A stretch of 64,000 nucleotides of DNA from NCBI GenBank assembly GCA_048128005.1, contig JBEUKZ010000064.1, positions 248,001 to 312,000 on the forward strand, given 5' to 3'. Numbering within the stretch: position 1 is the stretch's first letter; each line of letters opens with the position of its first letter. The notes under the pieces were generated by a model that ran no database searches, had not been told where the DNA came from, and saw only the letters and a list, made by a program, of their open reading frames with translations. Below, one piece after another: positions 11,512 to 24,986 of this stretch. The stretch comes from Veleropilina oligotropha. Lineage: Eukaryota. The position numbers and the translations under genes were made by a program.

Positions 11512-13863
11512 TACTCAACATTGAGATACCACTCAGAAAACATGATTTTCAATACATTTGATGTTGTAAACTGTTTTTATGATAAGTTCATCATAACGTG
11601 TCTATGATCTATATATAATATGCTTTCATACTGATTGTCAGAATGAGTCTGTCATGCCTGCAAAGTCCTGTGTTTTGTGGAGTGTCTCTTGACCGTAATT
11701 ACTCTTGAGAGGAAAACAGTCCTGTCCATTCAAACATTGGTGACCATCAAAGGTCAGACTGATAAGTGAAATAAATATATGTCCGCAGTAATCTCCTGCA
11801 GAAAACAAAGAGGCATGTCAAATCATGATAAAACCCAATGACTGGTTATTTATGAGTTGCTCGAGTTGGTGCCACTGTAACTTTATAATATGAAAACAAA
11901 AAGGCAACACAGCATGTTAAAAAGTTACATCCATATGTTACATTCGTACTGTCAACACAACGTTCTTAAGTATATAGTGTAATAACAATTTTCTATTTAG
12001 TCCAGGAGCAATTTATCATCATAATAGTAGCTACAATAAGGAAATTTGTTCAACACACCCTACAAAAAGGTTACACTAGATAGATGTAGATTTGTTAACA
12101 ATTATCCAGGCACAGTGATAAGAGGGTAGCTCTTTATCCACTCCTGGTCAGACACCACATATATATCAGTCACGGTATCCATAACCAGCAGATGTGGGTA
12201 TTTCCACCAGATATTCCAGGCATTACTCAAATGAAAAATGTCTCCAAAAATGTAAAAATAAACTAAATTCGAAATGAATGTATTGCAATGCCGGGTGGCT
12301 CACTTATGTCTGTGTGTTGACAATACCATACGTGTCAGCTGTAAATCATGTGGAAGCTATAACACTGGACCAACGCTGGGTGGAACAAGATGCGGGGTGG
12401 CAGGTGATTTCCGCTTGATCAACGTCGAGGTGTCACTCGGAACATGAGAGCGCACACAATGGGACGCGACCCACGTCAGCAGGCATTGTGTTGACGATGT
12501 TTACAAACATAAAGAGGTCTTGTTATATATCGGTTGACATGTTCACAATGGTATTGCACCAGAAAAATACTAATACTCAATTGGGCTGTTTCACATCTTG
12601 GAACACACTATTTTTACATTAACCACTGATTAGAATAATAAATGGCATTGAAGATTGAATCAAACATTAAAAAACAATGTATTCACGGAGTTATGAATGT
12701 TAAATGGCATCAAACATACTCCCACAACAACAATTTCACAGTTGTATTATGTGCTAATGTGTATATGAATTGGTGCTGCATGTAGGGAGAAAAGCATTGG
12801 TAAGATTATATACCCGACAACCAAAGTCACGGACTTAAAGAACGAACACATCAGACAGTGTTATCTTAGAAACATCTTCATCTCAAGATTATAAATCACA
12901 CAACAATATTAAAAAGTTTACAGTGGTTACTGAAATAATGTGAAATTTTCAGGTTTATATTAGTAAAATCAGATGTATGCAAATAGAGACTGAGTTATTT
13001 GCACAATATTACTAAATAACTGTGGTTACTAGCTACAGTTCCTTATTCTCACCTGAACAGGTAGAGGTAGATAGCGGAGACGATGCTGAACAAGAGAACC
13101 TGAAACATGAACGATATCGTGAGACATGCATCAAGAACGACTGCGTGAGACATGCATCAACTCGGGGGCCATAGGTCTTAAAATGCTTAAAGAGACTATT
13201 GCCCGTAAATGTGTTCATTTCGTGACTGTGTAGCATGACTGATCACCCTCTATCGCACGGTTCGCGCAGATTGATACAAATTTCGCAAAGATATGATCGC
13301 TATATGATCAAATGATAGACTTTTATTGAAATTATTATTGTAACTGGGCAATATATGTTATTGTCAAGTAGAAAGCTATCTTACTTGACCAGCAGAAACC
13401 TTCGCAACTGTACTCCAATTAGGTCAATTGGAAATGCACTCGGTGCGAGGTAATTAAATGCGGACCGCATTTAGTTATTTTTAAATATTCAGTTGCGATT
13501 AATTTAAACGGCAGAAAGTTACTGACGAAAGTTGAGTATTGAAAATCCGTAACTTTTTATGTTATAAACAAAAAATGTAATGCGGTTAGATTTCTTTTTA
13601 AAAAAGAAAGAGCGCATTTACGATTTCTTTAATGTATATATATTTCATGTGATCAGGTCACATTAAGCAAATATCATATATTAAATATTCATCAAGACTA
13701 AGGTCGAGAATCAGTTTTCTGGTGTCAACCTTGTCAATAGTTTGTAATTGTTCTATTATATAACAAATTAGTGAAATATTTCTCGTTCTGTGAAATATGC
13801 TACAGTATGTTTACATCCATCCTCTTCAGTTTTAGCATTAAATGAGTGATAATGTCATCGTTT

Positions 13864-16800
13864 GGATCGATGCTTCATGTCCGTGTTTCATAGCACCCAG
13901 AGTTCAGGTCATAATATCAGGAAATGCCAATATTATCGCGAACAGAATCCCGTTGATCGCTAAATTCAAACACACTGGCCAGATATGGACAACTGTGACT
14001 GTCAACTGAATGAGGTGCCCAGCCAAGGATTCGAACATCCAACAGAGTAGTCCAGCCACCGAATAGGAAGCCGCTGTGAGGATTCGAACATCAAACAGAG
14101 TAGTCCAGCCAGCGAATAGGAAGCCGGTGAGGATCTGAACATCCAACAGAGTAGTCCAGCCAGCGAATAGGAAGCCCCTGTGAGGATCTGAACATCCAAC
14201 AGAGTAGTCCAGCCAGCGAATAGGAAGCCACTGTGAGGATCTGAACATCCAACAGAGTCCAGCCAGTGAATAGGAAGCCGCTGTGAGGATCTGAACATCC
14301 AACAGAGTAGTCCAGCCAGCGAATAGGAAGCCGCTGTGAGGATCTGAACATCCAACAGAGTAGTCCAGCCAGCGAATAGGAAGCCGCTGTGAGGATCTGA
14401 ACATCCAACAGAGTAGTCCAGCCAGCGAATAGGAGGCCACTGTGAGGATCCGAACATCCAACAGAGTAGTCCAGCCAGCGAATAGGAAGCCACTGTGAGG
14501 ATCTGAACATCCAACAGAGTAGTCCAGCCAGTGAATAGGAAGCCGCTGTGAGGATCTGCACATCCAACAGAGTAGTCCAGCCAGCGAATAGGAGGCCACT
14601 GTGAGGATCTGAACATCCAACAGAGTAGTCCAGCCAGCGAATAGGAAGCCGCTGTGAGGATCTGAACATCCACCAGAGTAGTCCAGCCAGCGAATAGGAA
14701 GCCACTGTGAGGATCCGAACATCCAACAGAGTAGTCCAGCCAGCGAATAGGAAGCCGCTGTGAGGATCTGAACATCCAACAGAGTAGTCCAGCCAGCGAA
14801 TAGGAAGCCGCTGTGAGGATCTGAACATCCAACAGAGTAGTCCAGCCAGCGAATAGGAAGCCGCTGTGAGGATCTGAACATCCAACAGAGTAGTCCAGCC
14901 AGCGAATAGGAGGCCACTGTGAGGATCCGAACATCCAACAGAGTAGTCCAGCCAGCGAATAGGAAGCCACTGTGAGGATCTGAACATCCAACAGAGTAGT
15001 CCAGCCAGTGAATAGGAAGCCGCTGTGAGGATCTGAACATCCAACAGAGTAGTCCAGCCAGCGAATAGGAGGCCACTGTGAGGATCTGAACATCCAACAG
15101 AGTAGTCCAGCCAGCGAATAGGAAGCCGCTGTGAGGATCTGAACATCCACCAGAGTAGTCCAGCCAGCGAATAGGAAGCCACTGTGAGGATCCGAACATC
15201 CAACAGAGTAGTCCAGCCAGCGAATAGGAAGCCGCTGTGAGGATCTGAACATCCAACAGAGTAGTCCAGCCAGCGAATAGGAGGCCACTGTGAGGATCTG
15301 AACATCCAACAGAGTCCAGCCAGCGAATAGGACGCCACTGTGAGGATCTGAACATCCAACATAGTCCAGCCAGCGAATAGGAAGCCGCTGTGAGGATCTG
15401 AACATCCAACATAGTCCAGCCAGCGAATAGGAAGCCGCTGTGAGGATCTGAACATCCAACAGAGTAGTCCAGCCAGCGAATAGGAAGCCACTGTGAGGAT
15501 CTGAACATCCACCAGAGTAGTCCAGCCAGCGAATAGGAAGCCGATGTGAGGATCTGAACATCCAACAGAGTAGTCCAGCCAGCGAATAGGAAGCCGCTGT
15601 GAGGATCTGAACATCCAACAGAGTAGTCCAGCCAGCGAATAGGAAGCCGCTGTGAGGATCTGAACATCCAACAGAGTAGTCCAGCCAGCGAATAGGAAGC
15701 CGCTGTGAGGATCTGAACATCCAACAGAGTAGTCCAGCCAGCGAATAGGAAGCCGCTGTGAGGATCTGAACATCCAACAGAGTAGTCCAGCCAGCGAATA
15801 GGAGGCCACTGTGAGGATCCGAACATCCAACAGAGTAGTCCAGCCAGCGAATAGGAAGCCACTGTGAGGATCCGAACATCCAACAGAGTAGTCCAGCCAG
15901 CGAATAGGAAGCCGCTGTGAGGATCTGAACATCCACCAGAGTAGTCCAGCCAGGGAATAGGAAGCCACTGTGAGGATCTGAACATCCAACAGAGTCCAGC
16001 CAGCGAATAGGAAGCCGGTGAGGATCTGAACACCCAACAGAGTCCAGCCAGCGAATAGGAAGCCACTGTGAGGATCTGAACATCCAACAGAGTAGTCCAG
16101 CCAGCGAATAGGAAGCCGCTGTGAGGATCTGAACATCCAACAGAGTAGTCCAGCCAGCGAATAGGATGCCACTGTGAGGATCCGAACATCCAACAGAGTA
16201 GTCCAGCCAGCGAATAGGAAGCCGCTGTGAGGATCTGAACATCCACCAGAGTAGTCCAACCAGGGAATAGGAAGCCACTGTGAGGATCTGAACATCCAAC
16301 AGAGTCCAGCCAGCGAATAGGAAGCCGGTGAGGATCTGAACACCCAACAGAGTCCAGCCAGCGAATAGGAAGCCACTGTGAGGATCTGAACATCCAACAG
16401 AGTAGTCCAGCCAGCGAATAGGAAGCCGCTGTGAGGATCTGAACATCCAACAGAGTAGTCCAGCCAGCGAATAGGATGCCACTGTGAGGATCCGAACATC
16501 CAACAGAGTAGTCCAGCCAGCGAATAGGAAGCCGCTGTGAGGATCTGAACATCCAACAGAGTAGTCCAGCCAGCGAATAGGAAGCCACTGTGAGGATCTG
16601 AACATCCAACAGAGTCCAGCCAGCGAATAGGAAGCCAGTGAGGATCTGAACATCCAACAGAGTAGTCCAGCCAGCGAATAGGAAGCCGCTGTGAGGATCC
16701 GAACATCCAACAGAGTAGTCCAGACAGCGAATAGGAAGCCACTGTGAGGATCTGAACATCCAACAGAGTAGTCCAGCCAGCGAATAGGAAGCCACTGTGA

Positions 16801-17256
16801 GGATCTGAACATCCACCAGAGTAGTCCAGCCAGGGAATAGGAAGCCGCTGTGAGGATCTGAACATCCAACAGAGTAGTCCAGCCAGGGAATAGGAAGCCG
16901 CTGTGAGGATCTGAACATCCAACAGAGTAGTCCAGCCAGGGAATAGGAAGCCGCTGTGAGGATCTGAACATCCAACAGAGTAGTCCAGCCAGGGAATAGG
17001 AAGCCGCTGTGAGGATCTGAACATCCAACAGAGTAGTCCAGCCAGCGAATAGGAAGCCGCTGTGAGGATCTGAACATCCACCAGAGTAGTCGAGCCAGCG
17101 AATAGGAAGCCGCTGTGAGGATCTGAACATCCAACAGAGTAGTCCAGCCAGCGAATAGGAAGCCACTGTGAGGATCTGAACATCCAACAGAGTAGTCCAG
17201 CCAGCGAATAGGAAGCCACTGTGACTCTTATCAAGCGACTATACTACATGGCGGCC
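13864..17256 (-). mobile_element. Diverged GGCCGC-family SINE copy containing a 3.2-kb internal minisatellite
   Basis: Minus strand reads GGCCGCCATGTAGTATAGTCG head, then the array, then GTTCGAATCCTTGGCTGGGC...AGTCACAGTTGTCCATATCTGGCC...GATAATATTGGCATTTCCTG...GGACATGAAGCATCGATCC, collinear with the intact copy at 28024-28294. Confidence 0.8.
14026..17224. repeat. 53-bp minisatellite GTGAGGATCTGAACATCCAACAGAGTAGTCCAGCCAGCGAATAGGAAGCCGCT, ~60 copies
   Basis: Direct reading; the unit has no stop triplet on the minus strand, hence three >1000-aa pseudo-ORFs. Confidence 0.98.
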
Positions 17257-19369
17257 GTGTAACCTGATAAACAATAGTGTTTTGAATAAGTAATCTAGTC
17301 TTGTACTATCCGATATGATGATATGGTTAAATTGTCACCAGGAAAAGAGAGCAACAAATTAGATAAGCTAATTTTATCAGTTCTAGACAGCGGCATGAAC
17401 AAATATGCATGATATCGTTCAGATATATTGTATGGATATTAGTCTATAAGCCACGAAAGGCGACCATGGACAGACATGATATTACCTACCATTTCACCTT
17501 CAAGGGGATTAACTGTAATATAAGGATTCAATTCTCACTCCCTATCGGTTAACGTGTGGATCACTGGTTATCCAATACAACATCAAATAAAAGTTTAACT
17601 ATAATAGTATTCATATATGAATGGCTTGATATCACCTTCTCAGATCCATATTAATGACAGGTATAAAATAACACATCTCAGAAGATGACTTGAAGTGAAC
17701 ACTATACATTGGAACTTTCCAGCTACAGTGAAATTATTTTTGGACTACTGTATATACCCAAGAAACCACTACATTGTGTTTAGTGTTGGCTTAAATTCAC
17801 ATTGTACTCAAGTTGAGAGAGTGCACTGACAGACGTGTGAGGCAACAAAGGCATTCACAATCCAATATCTCCTGTTGTGCTACAAGCTGTCAACAACAGA
17901 TCACAATCTTATCTGCATCCAAATTTAATCCCTTTGGGACAGCAGGGTTCAGGAGAGACCATGGTGTTATCTACATTCCTAGGATCAAGTTACATGGGAT
18001 TGTGGGTAAAGGAGCAGGAAAGGGCCCCTGCATCACTCCAAGGAGACCTTAGGATGGATAAAGCACCTCTGTGGCCTGCATTGTGTATTGAATGGGGATC
18101 ATGACAATCCCAGCATCTAATTTATGTTGTAAATTATCTTTCTTTCTCACCACCAGAAATAAATTAAAGCGTAAACAAAAGATTAATACCTGTAACATGA
18201 TATACCGGAACATTTCACAATGAATAGTTTGTGCAGCTATGCTGATCTGCTGTGGTAATAATGTTATCTGTTGAACTGAGAGACTGAATAAAAGAATGTT
18301 ATTACACGATAGATGTTTTTTTTTACTATAGAAATCTAAGTCTACTGATGTGACCAATTGACACATCAAAATTAGACAACATTGTTGACAAGATATGATA
18401 AGTTCACATGAAATATTGATAATATTATGTGTCATCATCGGATACGGACATATCAGCTGAACCCTGATTGCCACCTGCCAATCATCTGTAACTTAACACA
18501 GTTCTTTAAATAAAAATAATTCAACAATATTCAAACTCCACAATAATTAGCAACAAACATATGCTGACATAATAATCTTATAACGTCACGGATTAATTTT
18601 CTCCATCCACCCTATAAGTCTGAAGGTTGTAACTGAACCTCCTGTAATATTGGGTTTGTAATTAAGGGTCAAAGGGGACACTAATCACTCCCTAATTGAA
18701 ATGTCAGCTGAATTAGCTGCTAGCCATTAGTCATCCTGACTCTGCACTGGACAGGCTGGCAACTAGAGGTGAAACATGCCAGGGGAGAGTGCTGCCCCCT
18801 GTTATACTCTGACAGACTCTGTCATAAGGCAGGATAGAACCAGGCAGCCATCCACCAATGGTAATCTGTCGTACTGTCAACATGACAGCTTATTTAATTA
18901 CTCTTCTTGGACAGACACAGCTGGTAGATGGCTAAAACTCATACATCAATGACACAGAAAGTTGTGATCTGGCCTGACCCAAAAATACACTACAGCTCTA
19001 ATTCCAGGGTAGGGGAAACATACACAAGATTGATGAATCATCTAAGGTTTAACCATGTAACATTCACAATGCAGTTGTAACTTGAAACAGTGATGAATAT
19101 ATGTTTCTGTAGCAGCACAATGGCATACATCATGACTTAAGCACCTGTGTTCAGTTCCATAGAAGACACCTGAATCCTGGTGTAGTACATAATTATCTCC
19201 CCTTGGACACATTTAGTCCTTTACTCTATTTACAAAATTAAGTTGTACCATCACAGATTATAATTTCATATAATGCGATTAAAAGTCACATATTGTGCAT
19301 TGAAATGAATTGCCATTTGCAGATAATAATCATGTTAACATGTTGTGTTCCTGTATATAATATGCATGG

Positions 19370-19717
19370 CAGGGTTCATACAGATTTCCAATGACAAATT
19401 TCGAGGACTTTCAAGGACCTTTGCAAGGACAAATTTCTGAATTTCAAGGGTACTCTCTGAATATGAAATAGTTCAAAGGTATTTAACCCTAAACCAAACC
19501 AAGCTTAGTCCGCGCTCCATTTAATTTTTACTATAACTAAAATTTATTCTCCAACCACCACAGAGACACATTTTTAAGTCAGATAACAACAAAGAAAAAA
19601 TAAAATTGAATGATTTTCCAAAACTTTCTGCCCAAATGCCAGATATTCCATGACTTAAAGGGCCTTGAAACAGCATCAATACAATTCCATGACTTTCAAG
19701 GATATGTGTGAACCCTG
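19370..19717. mobile_element. MITE with 6-bp TSD (hAT6-like)
   Basis: TIRs CAGGGTTCATACAGAT / ATATGTGTGAACCCTG; TSD GCATGG (19364-19369, 19718-19723); subterminal TTCAAGGAC/TTCCATGAC repeats. Confidence 0.8.
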
Positions 19718-20535
19718 GCATGGTGCAGGAAACTAAAACCAGATTTAACACTCTTATACACATACATGTACTAAAATACAATATCATGCAGTATTCATAC
19801 ACACACGATTAAATGTCCACTCTGCATCGTGATCTCATAACATTATAATAACAGGCAGCTGGTCTGAGGATGAACGATTTGTCTTCCATCCAGAGTGGCA
19901 TGCCCTTGTTAACTCCTTGATTGTGGTCCGGAAACGGTACCTCATTTATATCAATTAACCAATACCTCTGTCAAAACGGGCTGAAAATATACGCAGAATG
20001 CTGAAACCACCGCAACTTTGGCAGGTTTCCTTGGTGCACTTACGCAATCTGTGAGGGTATAACTGGTGATGCAATGGAGGAGAGCATATACATCACTCGG
20101 TAATGGCGTTTTGTTGTAGTCTTGTATGACTAACATTATATCAGCCTCGAGATGACAGGTGGTTACCAAATAAGCGGGGCACACGTCAACACCTGATCCA
20201 GGCTGACACCACCGATTTCTTATGAAGCGCCAAATGTTTGGAACTGGTTCTGACACAGCCATTCATCATCGCCAGTTTAATTATAAATGGGAAATATAGG
20301 CATCTGAGACAGGAAATGAGTCGATGTCTGCGGGCCGCTGAGGAGTCTGCTGCACGTCTCTGATAATGATAGAGAAATGGTTATCATTAACCCTGTAACT
20401 AGTAATAGAGTTAAAGTACAACGAGGGTCAATTTTAATGAACCAATATGTAAATTACCAAACGGAGAGAATTAACTCAACTAAAATTGCTTCAATGTAAT
20501 AATCCGCTTTAACTAACAAGTCAGCTTTAACTGTA

Positions 20536-20800
20536 TAGGAGAGGAAAGGATTGACGCTTACTATCCTGTATATGTCCAACCACTAAGTTCAAAGCAGGAC
20601 ATGTCCATATTATCATCATGGGAGAAAAGCCTGTTCATCCACGGAAACCCACCACCAGTTACGGACAACTGTGATTCATAACTTGAACAAATAATGCCAT
20701 GTCCCAACCTAGGTTCGAACCCTCTAATGTTCGCATCAGCGGAATCAAGCATGATTTTTCGGAGTATGGAACCAAAACCACACAACTGTCGAAGCGGCCG
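20536..20800 (-). mobile_element. Full-length GGCCGC-family tRNA-like SINE
   Basis: Head GGCCGCTTCGACAGTTGTGTGG, B box GGTTCGAACC, TCC-rich tail; 12-bp TSD GCTTTAACTGTA (20524-20535, 20801-20812). Confidence 0.88.
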
Positions 20801-20801
20801 G

Positions 20802-21334
20802 CTTTAACTGTAATTTATAATGCAAATCTATCTCAGCTGAATGTAACTTGGTTCCTTTAACTGTAATTTATAATGCAAATCTATCTCAGCTGAATGTAAC
20901 TTGGTTCCTTTAACTGTAATTTATAATGCAAATCTATCTCAGCTGAATGTAACTTGGTTCCTTTAACTGTAATTTATAATACAAATCTATCTCAGCTGAA
21001 TGTAACTTGGTTCCTTTAACTGTAATTTATAATACAAATCTATCTCAGCTGAATGTAACTTGGTTCCTTTAACTGTAATTTATAATGCAAATCTATCTCA
21101 GCTGAATGTAACTTTGTTCCTTTAACTGTAATTTATAATGCAAATCTATCTCAGCTGAATGTAACTTGGTTCCTTTAACTGTAATTTATAATGCAAATCT
21201 ATCTCAGCTGAATGTAACTTGGTTCCTTTAACTGTAATTTATAATGCAAATCTATCTCAGCTGAATGTAACTTGGTTCCTTTAACTGTAATTTATAATGC
21301 AAATCTATCTCAGCTGAATGTAACTTGGTTCCTT
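20802..21334. repeat. 53-bp AT-rich minisatellite, 10 nearly identical copies
   Basis: Unit CTTTAACTGTAATTTATAATGCAAATCTATCTCAGCTGAATGTAACTTGGTTC. Confidence 0.97.
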
Positions 21335-22162
21335 CCACATTTGAAAGTGACAAAGTTTTCGTTAAAAATAAGAATGCATAATAGATGTATTACTACAGAC
21401 ATTAGACATCATAAAAAGAAAATATTGTTACATCCAGCACCACCAAAAACTGAAAGAAGGCCTAAATGATCACCTAAACACTCTTTAAATGCTGTCGAAT
21501 TGAATTACATACATGTATAAGAATTATCTAATAGTTAATTCGTCAGTATACATCAGTAAAATGTAATTTCGAAATAAATTTTCCTAAACCAGAACCAGAT
21601 CCGGATAAAGGCCAGGGGTGGTTGTAGTGCATTATTTCAAAGTCCAGCAACTGCTTCCCCATGTGAACAAACACAGCCTCGCACAGCAGGCCTGGTGTGG
21701 CAGCGCCAGAACACAAAGACTCCCAGGATTCCTGGCAGCTGGTGGCAGACACCAGCAACCAAGCATTGTGATAAAGTTTAGAAATTGGAATCAACTATAG
21801 AGATTACGCGCAGTGGGGGCATCAGTCTGAAGCCTGCTTATATCCTAAGCAAAATAACGGGATGTTATTACAAGAACAGATGACATTGAGCATACTGTGT
21901 AAGCAAACAGGTACCAGTATATCGCGGTCAGCACCTGGCAAATGCTTATAGTTAGGAAAAACAAATAGCAGCGCTTATCACACTTCAATTATATCATTAT
22001 AATTAGAAAAGAAGATACTAGTAATTACCAAAATGATTTTACATCTAATTATATTGAAACGGTGATAATGCAATAACTAAAATCATTGTTACTTTTGCAT
22101 TAACAAAATGTCAATTCTAACTTGCAGTAGAACTCACTCACCAATCGATCCATGAAGAAATG

Positions 22163-22436
22163 TACTCAGCCATGCAGAATTACACTACTCAGCCATGCAG
22201 CATTACACTACTCAGCCATGCAGCATTACACTACTCAGCCATGCAGCATTACACTACTCAGCCATGCAGCATTACACTACTCAGCCATGCAGCATTACAC
22301 TACTCAGCCATGCAGAATTACACTACTCAGCCATGCAGCATTACAATACTCAGCCATGCAGCATTACACTACTCAGCCATGCAGCATTACACTACTCAGC
22401 CATGCAGAATTACACTACTCAGCCATGCAGCATTAC
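22163..22436. repeat. 23-bp minisatellite CTACTCAGCCATGCAGCATTACA, ~12 copies
   Basis: Direct reading. Confidence 0.95.
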
Positions 22437-24986
22437 TGTGACCATTGTAATAAAATTGTGATCAACCAAATTTGATTTAGCCACAATAATAATATATTTG
22501 CTGTGAATTAAATAAACCTATCATATATCCCTCTATTAACACCAACATAGATAGCAGCCAATAACTGCATGTATTTAAATGTCACACATAAACATCCATT
22601 GATGCTTTCTTGATGACCAATGTAACAGAAGAAGCCATAACAGAATAGCAGGCATGATGATGGACAGGCATATCATAATGGCCATTAAGTAGACACCCTA
22701 AGTGGTCTGGTCTGGTCATTAGATTAACTGTCACTGTCCTAATTACTGTGGTCATCCACTATTGACCATGGCCGCTTTATGGGTCTCAAATGACCACATA
22801 AAATGTTTACAGCCATAGAAAGATAGAGGTGACTTCACCTGCTACTGTAAGGTCAGTCTGGGTGACCTGAGGTCACTGGACATTAGGAATCACATGTGGG
22901 GAGGTGTTGACATTAATTACATGCTATAAATCAGACTATACAAATCACAAATTTGATACAAATTGCCATACATAAATGGCTTAATAAAAGACAAATATAG
23001 CTAACCCGGAAACCAATAGTTTATGTTGTCGGCTTGTTTGTTAACATAACACACAAAGTGTAAACTGATTTAATGGCACAGCATGACCTACGAAACATTT
23101 ATTATTGAAGAGCTCTGAGTCTATGCAGGATCCAAAACTTCATGAAATCACCGGCTAATATATTCGAAATGCTCAGTAAATTTTTTTATTTTCCTAGTGT
23201 TAATTATCCTGTTTAACTTATGGTGACACATCATATACAGAAATCTCCATGGAAGGGGAGCCTTAAAATTATCTGTTGAACCCACCTGCCATGGCCTAGT
23301 TATGGAAAATGCGACCGTTTACACGGCAAAGTCATCCCCCCCCCCCCCCACCCCATTTCTCACACACTTCGGCAGCTGTAAGCCCTGGTAAAAAACCTTG
23401 AAGATTTTTATCACATCAAATATCGTGTCTGGAAAATGTCTTGTTCAAAAAGACATGAATGTAATTACTAGTACATAAAATATTATACATGACCTACAGC
23501 AGGTTATAGCTTAATATTTTGATGTATGAATCGTTTATGACTTGACATCACTTAAGGAGAAATAAAACAGCTCTCTGTCAGTTATTAGTGGCGTTTGGCT
23601 GCACAGGAGGCGCATTTGACAGTAGTTCGCCTTTGTACCGCAAGTAGCCTGGAGCTGTCTGGTCCGCTGATTCAATTACAAATGTCAGAGCACAGTTCTG
23701 GGCCGGTTGGAACTTTTGTGATGGACTATCACTTGCTCTCAGACAATGGGTTCCATTCTACAGACACAAGGCCCCGGGGCGGACGGTTCCATGAATGGCT
23801 TGTTAGATGAATATGGTCTGTCTGTATCTACACAATGTGTAAGCTACACGACTCTGTGAAAACAATTATCTGTTTGGAGTATGTACTTTTAAGAAATGAC
23901 AGACCACATCACTGATGTTTTCCAAATATATCAGTTCAAATATTATAAACAGCGGAGAGAATGAGTGCCTTACTGAATTCATCAAGGTCATACTATGTCA
24001 TGAATGTATCACAAAATTATTAAATGGCATCTTTTAAATCCTTAAATAAATGTATACCCAAGACATGTACGTTACGTTAAAAGACAAGAACAAAAACAAC
24101 ACTACTACAATTAGTCATACATGTATATCATTAATACTTAGAACATTAGCATCCCATAATAGTAGAGATATTGAAGGCATCAAGGGAGAATAGTTCATAA
24201 CTAATTGTGTATCCTTCGTAAAATAAAGTATTTATGATTATTATATTATCATTGGCCAGCACCACATCCTGCATCTTTTCACTTTACCACCCAATATATT
24301 ACTCCTACTTTGAAAAATGCATAAATGCTGCCGCAGACAGTTGCGTTTGACCTTACATGATTGCCTGACATTTAATTTGTATTGTATAATCCAATCCCTT
24401 CCACTCATCTCCATATGGGGTCGGTGCCAGGGATCTCGGGCATCAAGATGCGGCAGGACTTACAATAATAAGCTGTCGGACCAGCTTCCGATATGGATCC
24501 TATTTGGACAGTCTGAACGAAGAATAATATTTATCTCAGGTCCACATGCTGACTAAGGTAACAAAGCCGTGCCATAAATCTGGTATTACACCACCTCTGA
24601 TGCACAAAGAAGTAAGAGAAACAATTCAGAATCGCACTATGGATGATACTTAAAAACGATAATCATTTCGTCAATTTTGCATGAAAAAGAAATGTAATTA
24701 GTTCATTTATGCAAGTTTTAGATATGTTTTGATGCTCAATACCCTACATCTTATTGCGGAAGGAAATCCTTGTCGCCCGAGAAAAAACAGCCATCACATA
24801 CATGTAGATATATGTATCCCACAGAGGCTGACCATGATAACTAGATCCCTTTGACATAATGTCTGCAGCGGGTGACTCTATAAGCACACCTTGAATCAGG
24901 TGAAGCCTACGTCTGTTTATCATTTAACCCACCATTTCCTCCTTCAAACCCCTCTGTGGAGGTTAATCCACCCAAAATGAATAGTA

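Noticed and set aside
11610..11815. Possible minus-strand exon after a good acceptor (CTCTTTGTTTTCTGCAG at ~11812-11796)
   Set aside because: The translation resembles no recognisable protein and no partner exons were found; it cannot be supported without RNA data.
14026..17224. CRISPR-like appearance of regular arrays (also 20802-21334, 48119-48820)
   Set aside because: There are no unique spacers and no cas genes, and the context is eukaryotic.
13904..17234. Three overlapping >1000-aa minus-strand ORFs
   Set aside because: The 53-bp unit has no stop triplet on that strand. The unit length and a 2-bp deletion variant shift frames freely, and the unit derives from a SINE, so this is not a gene.
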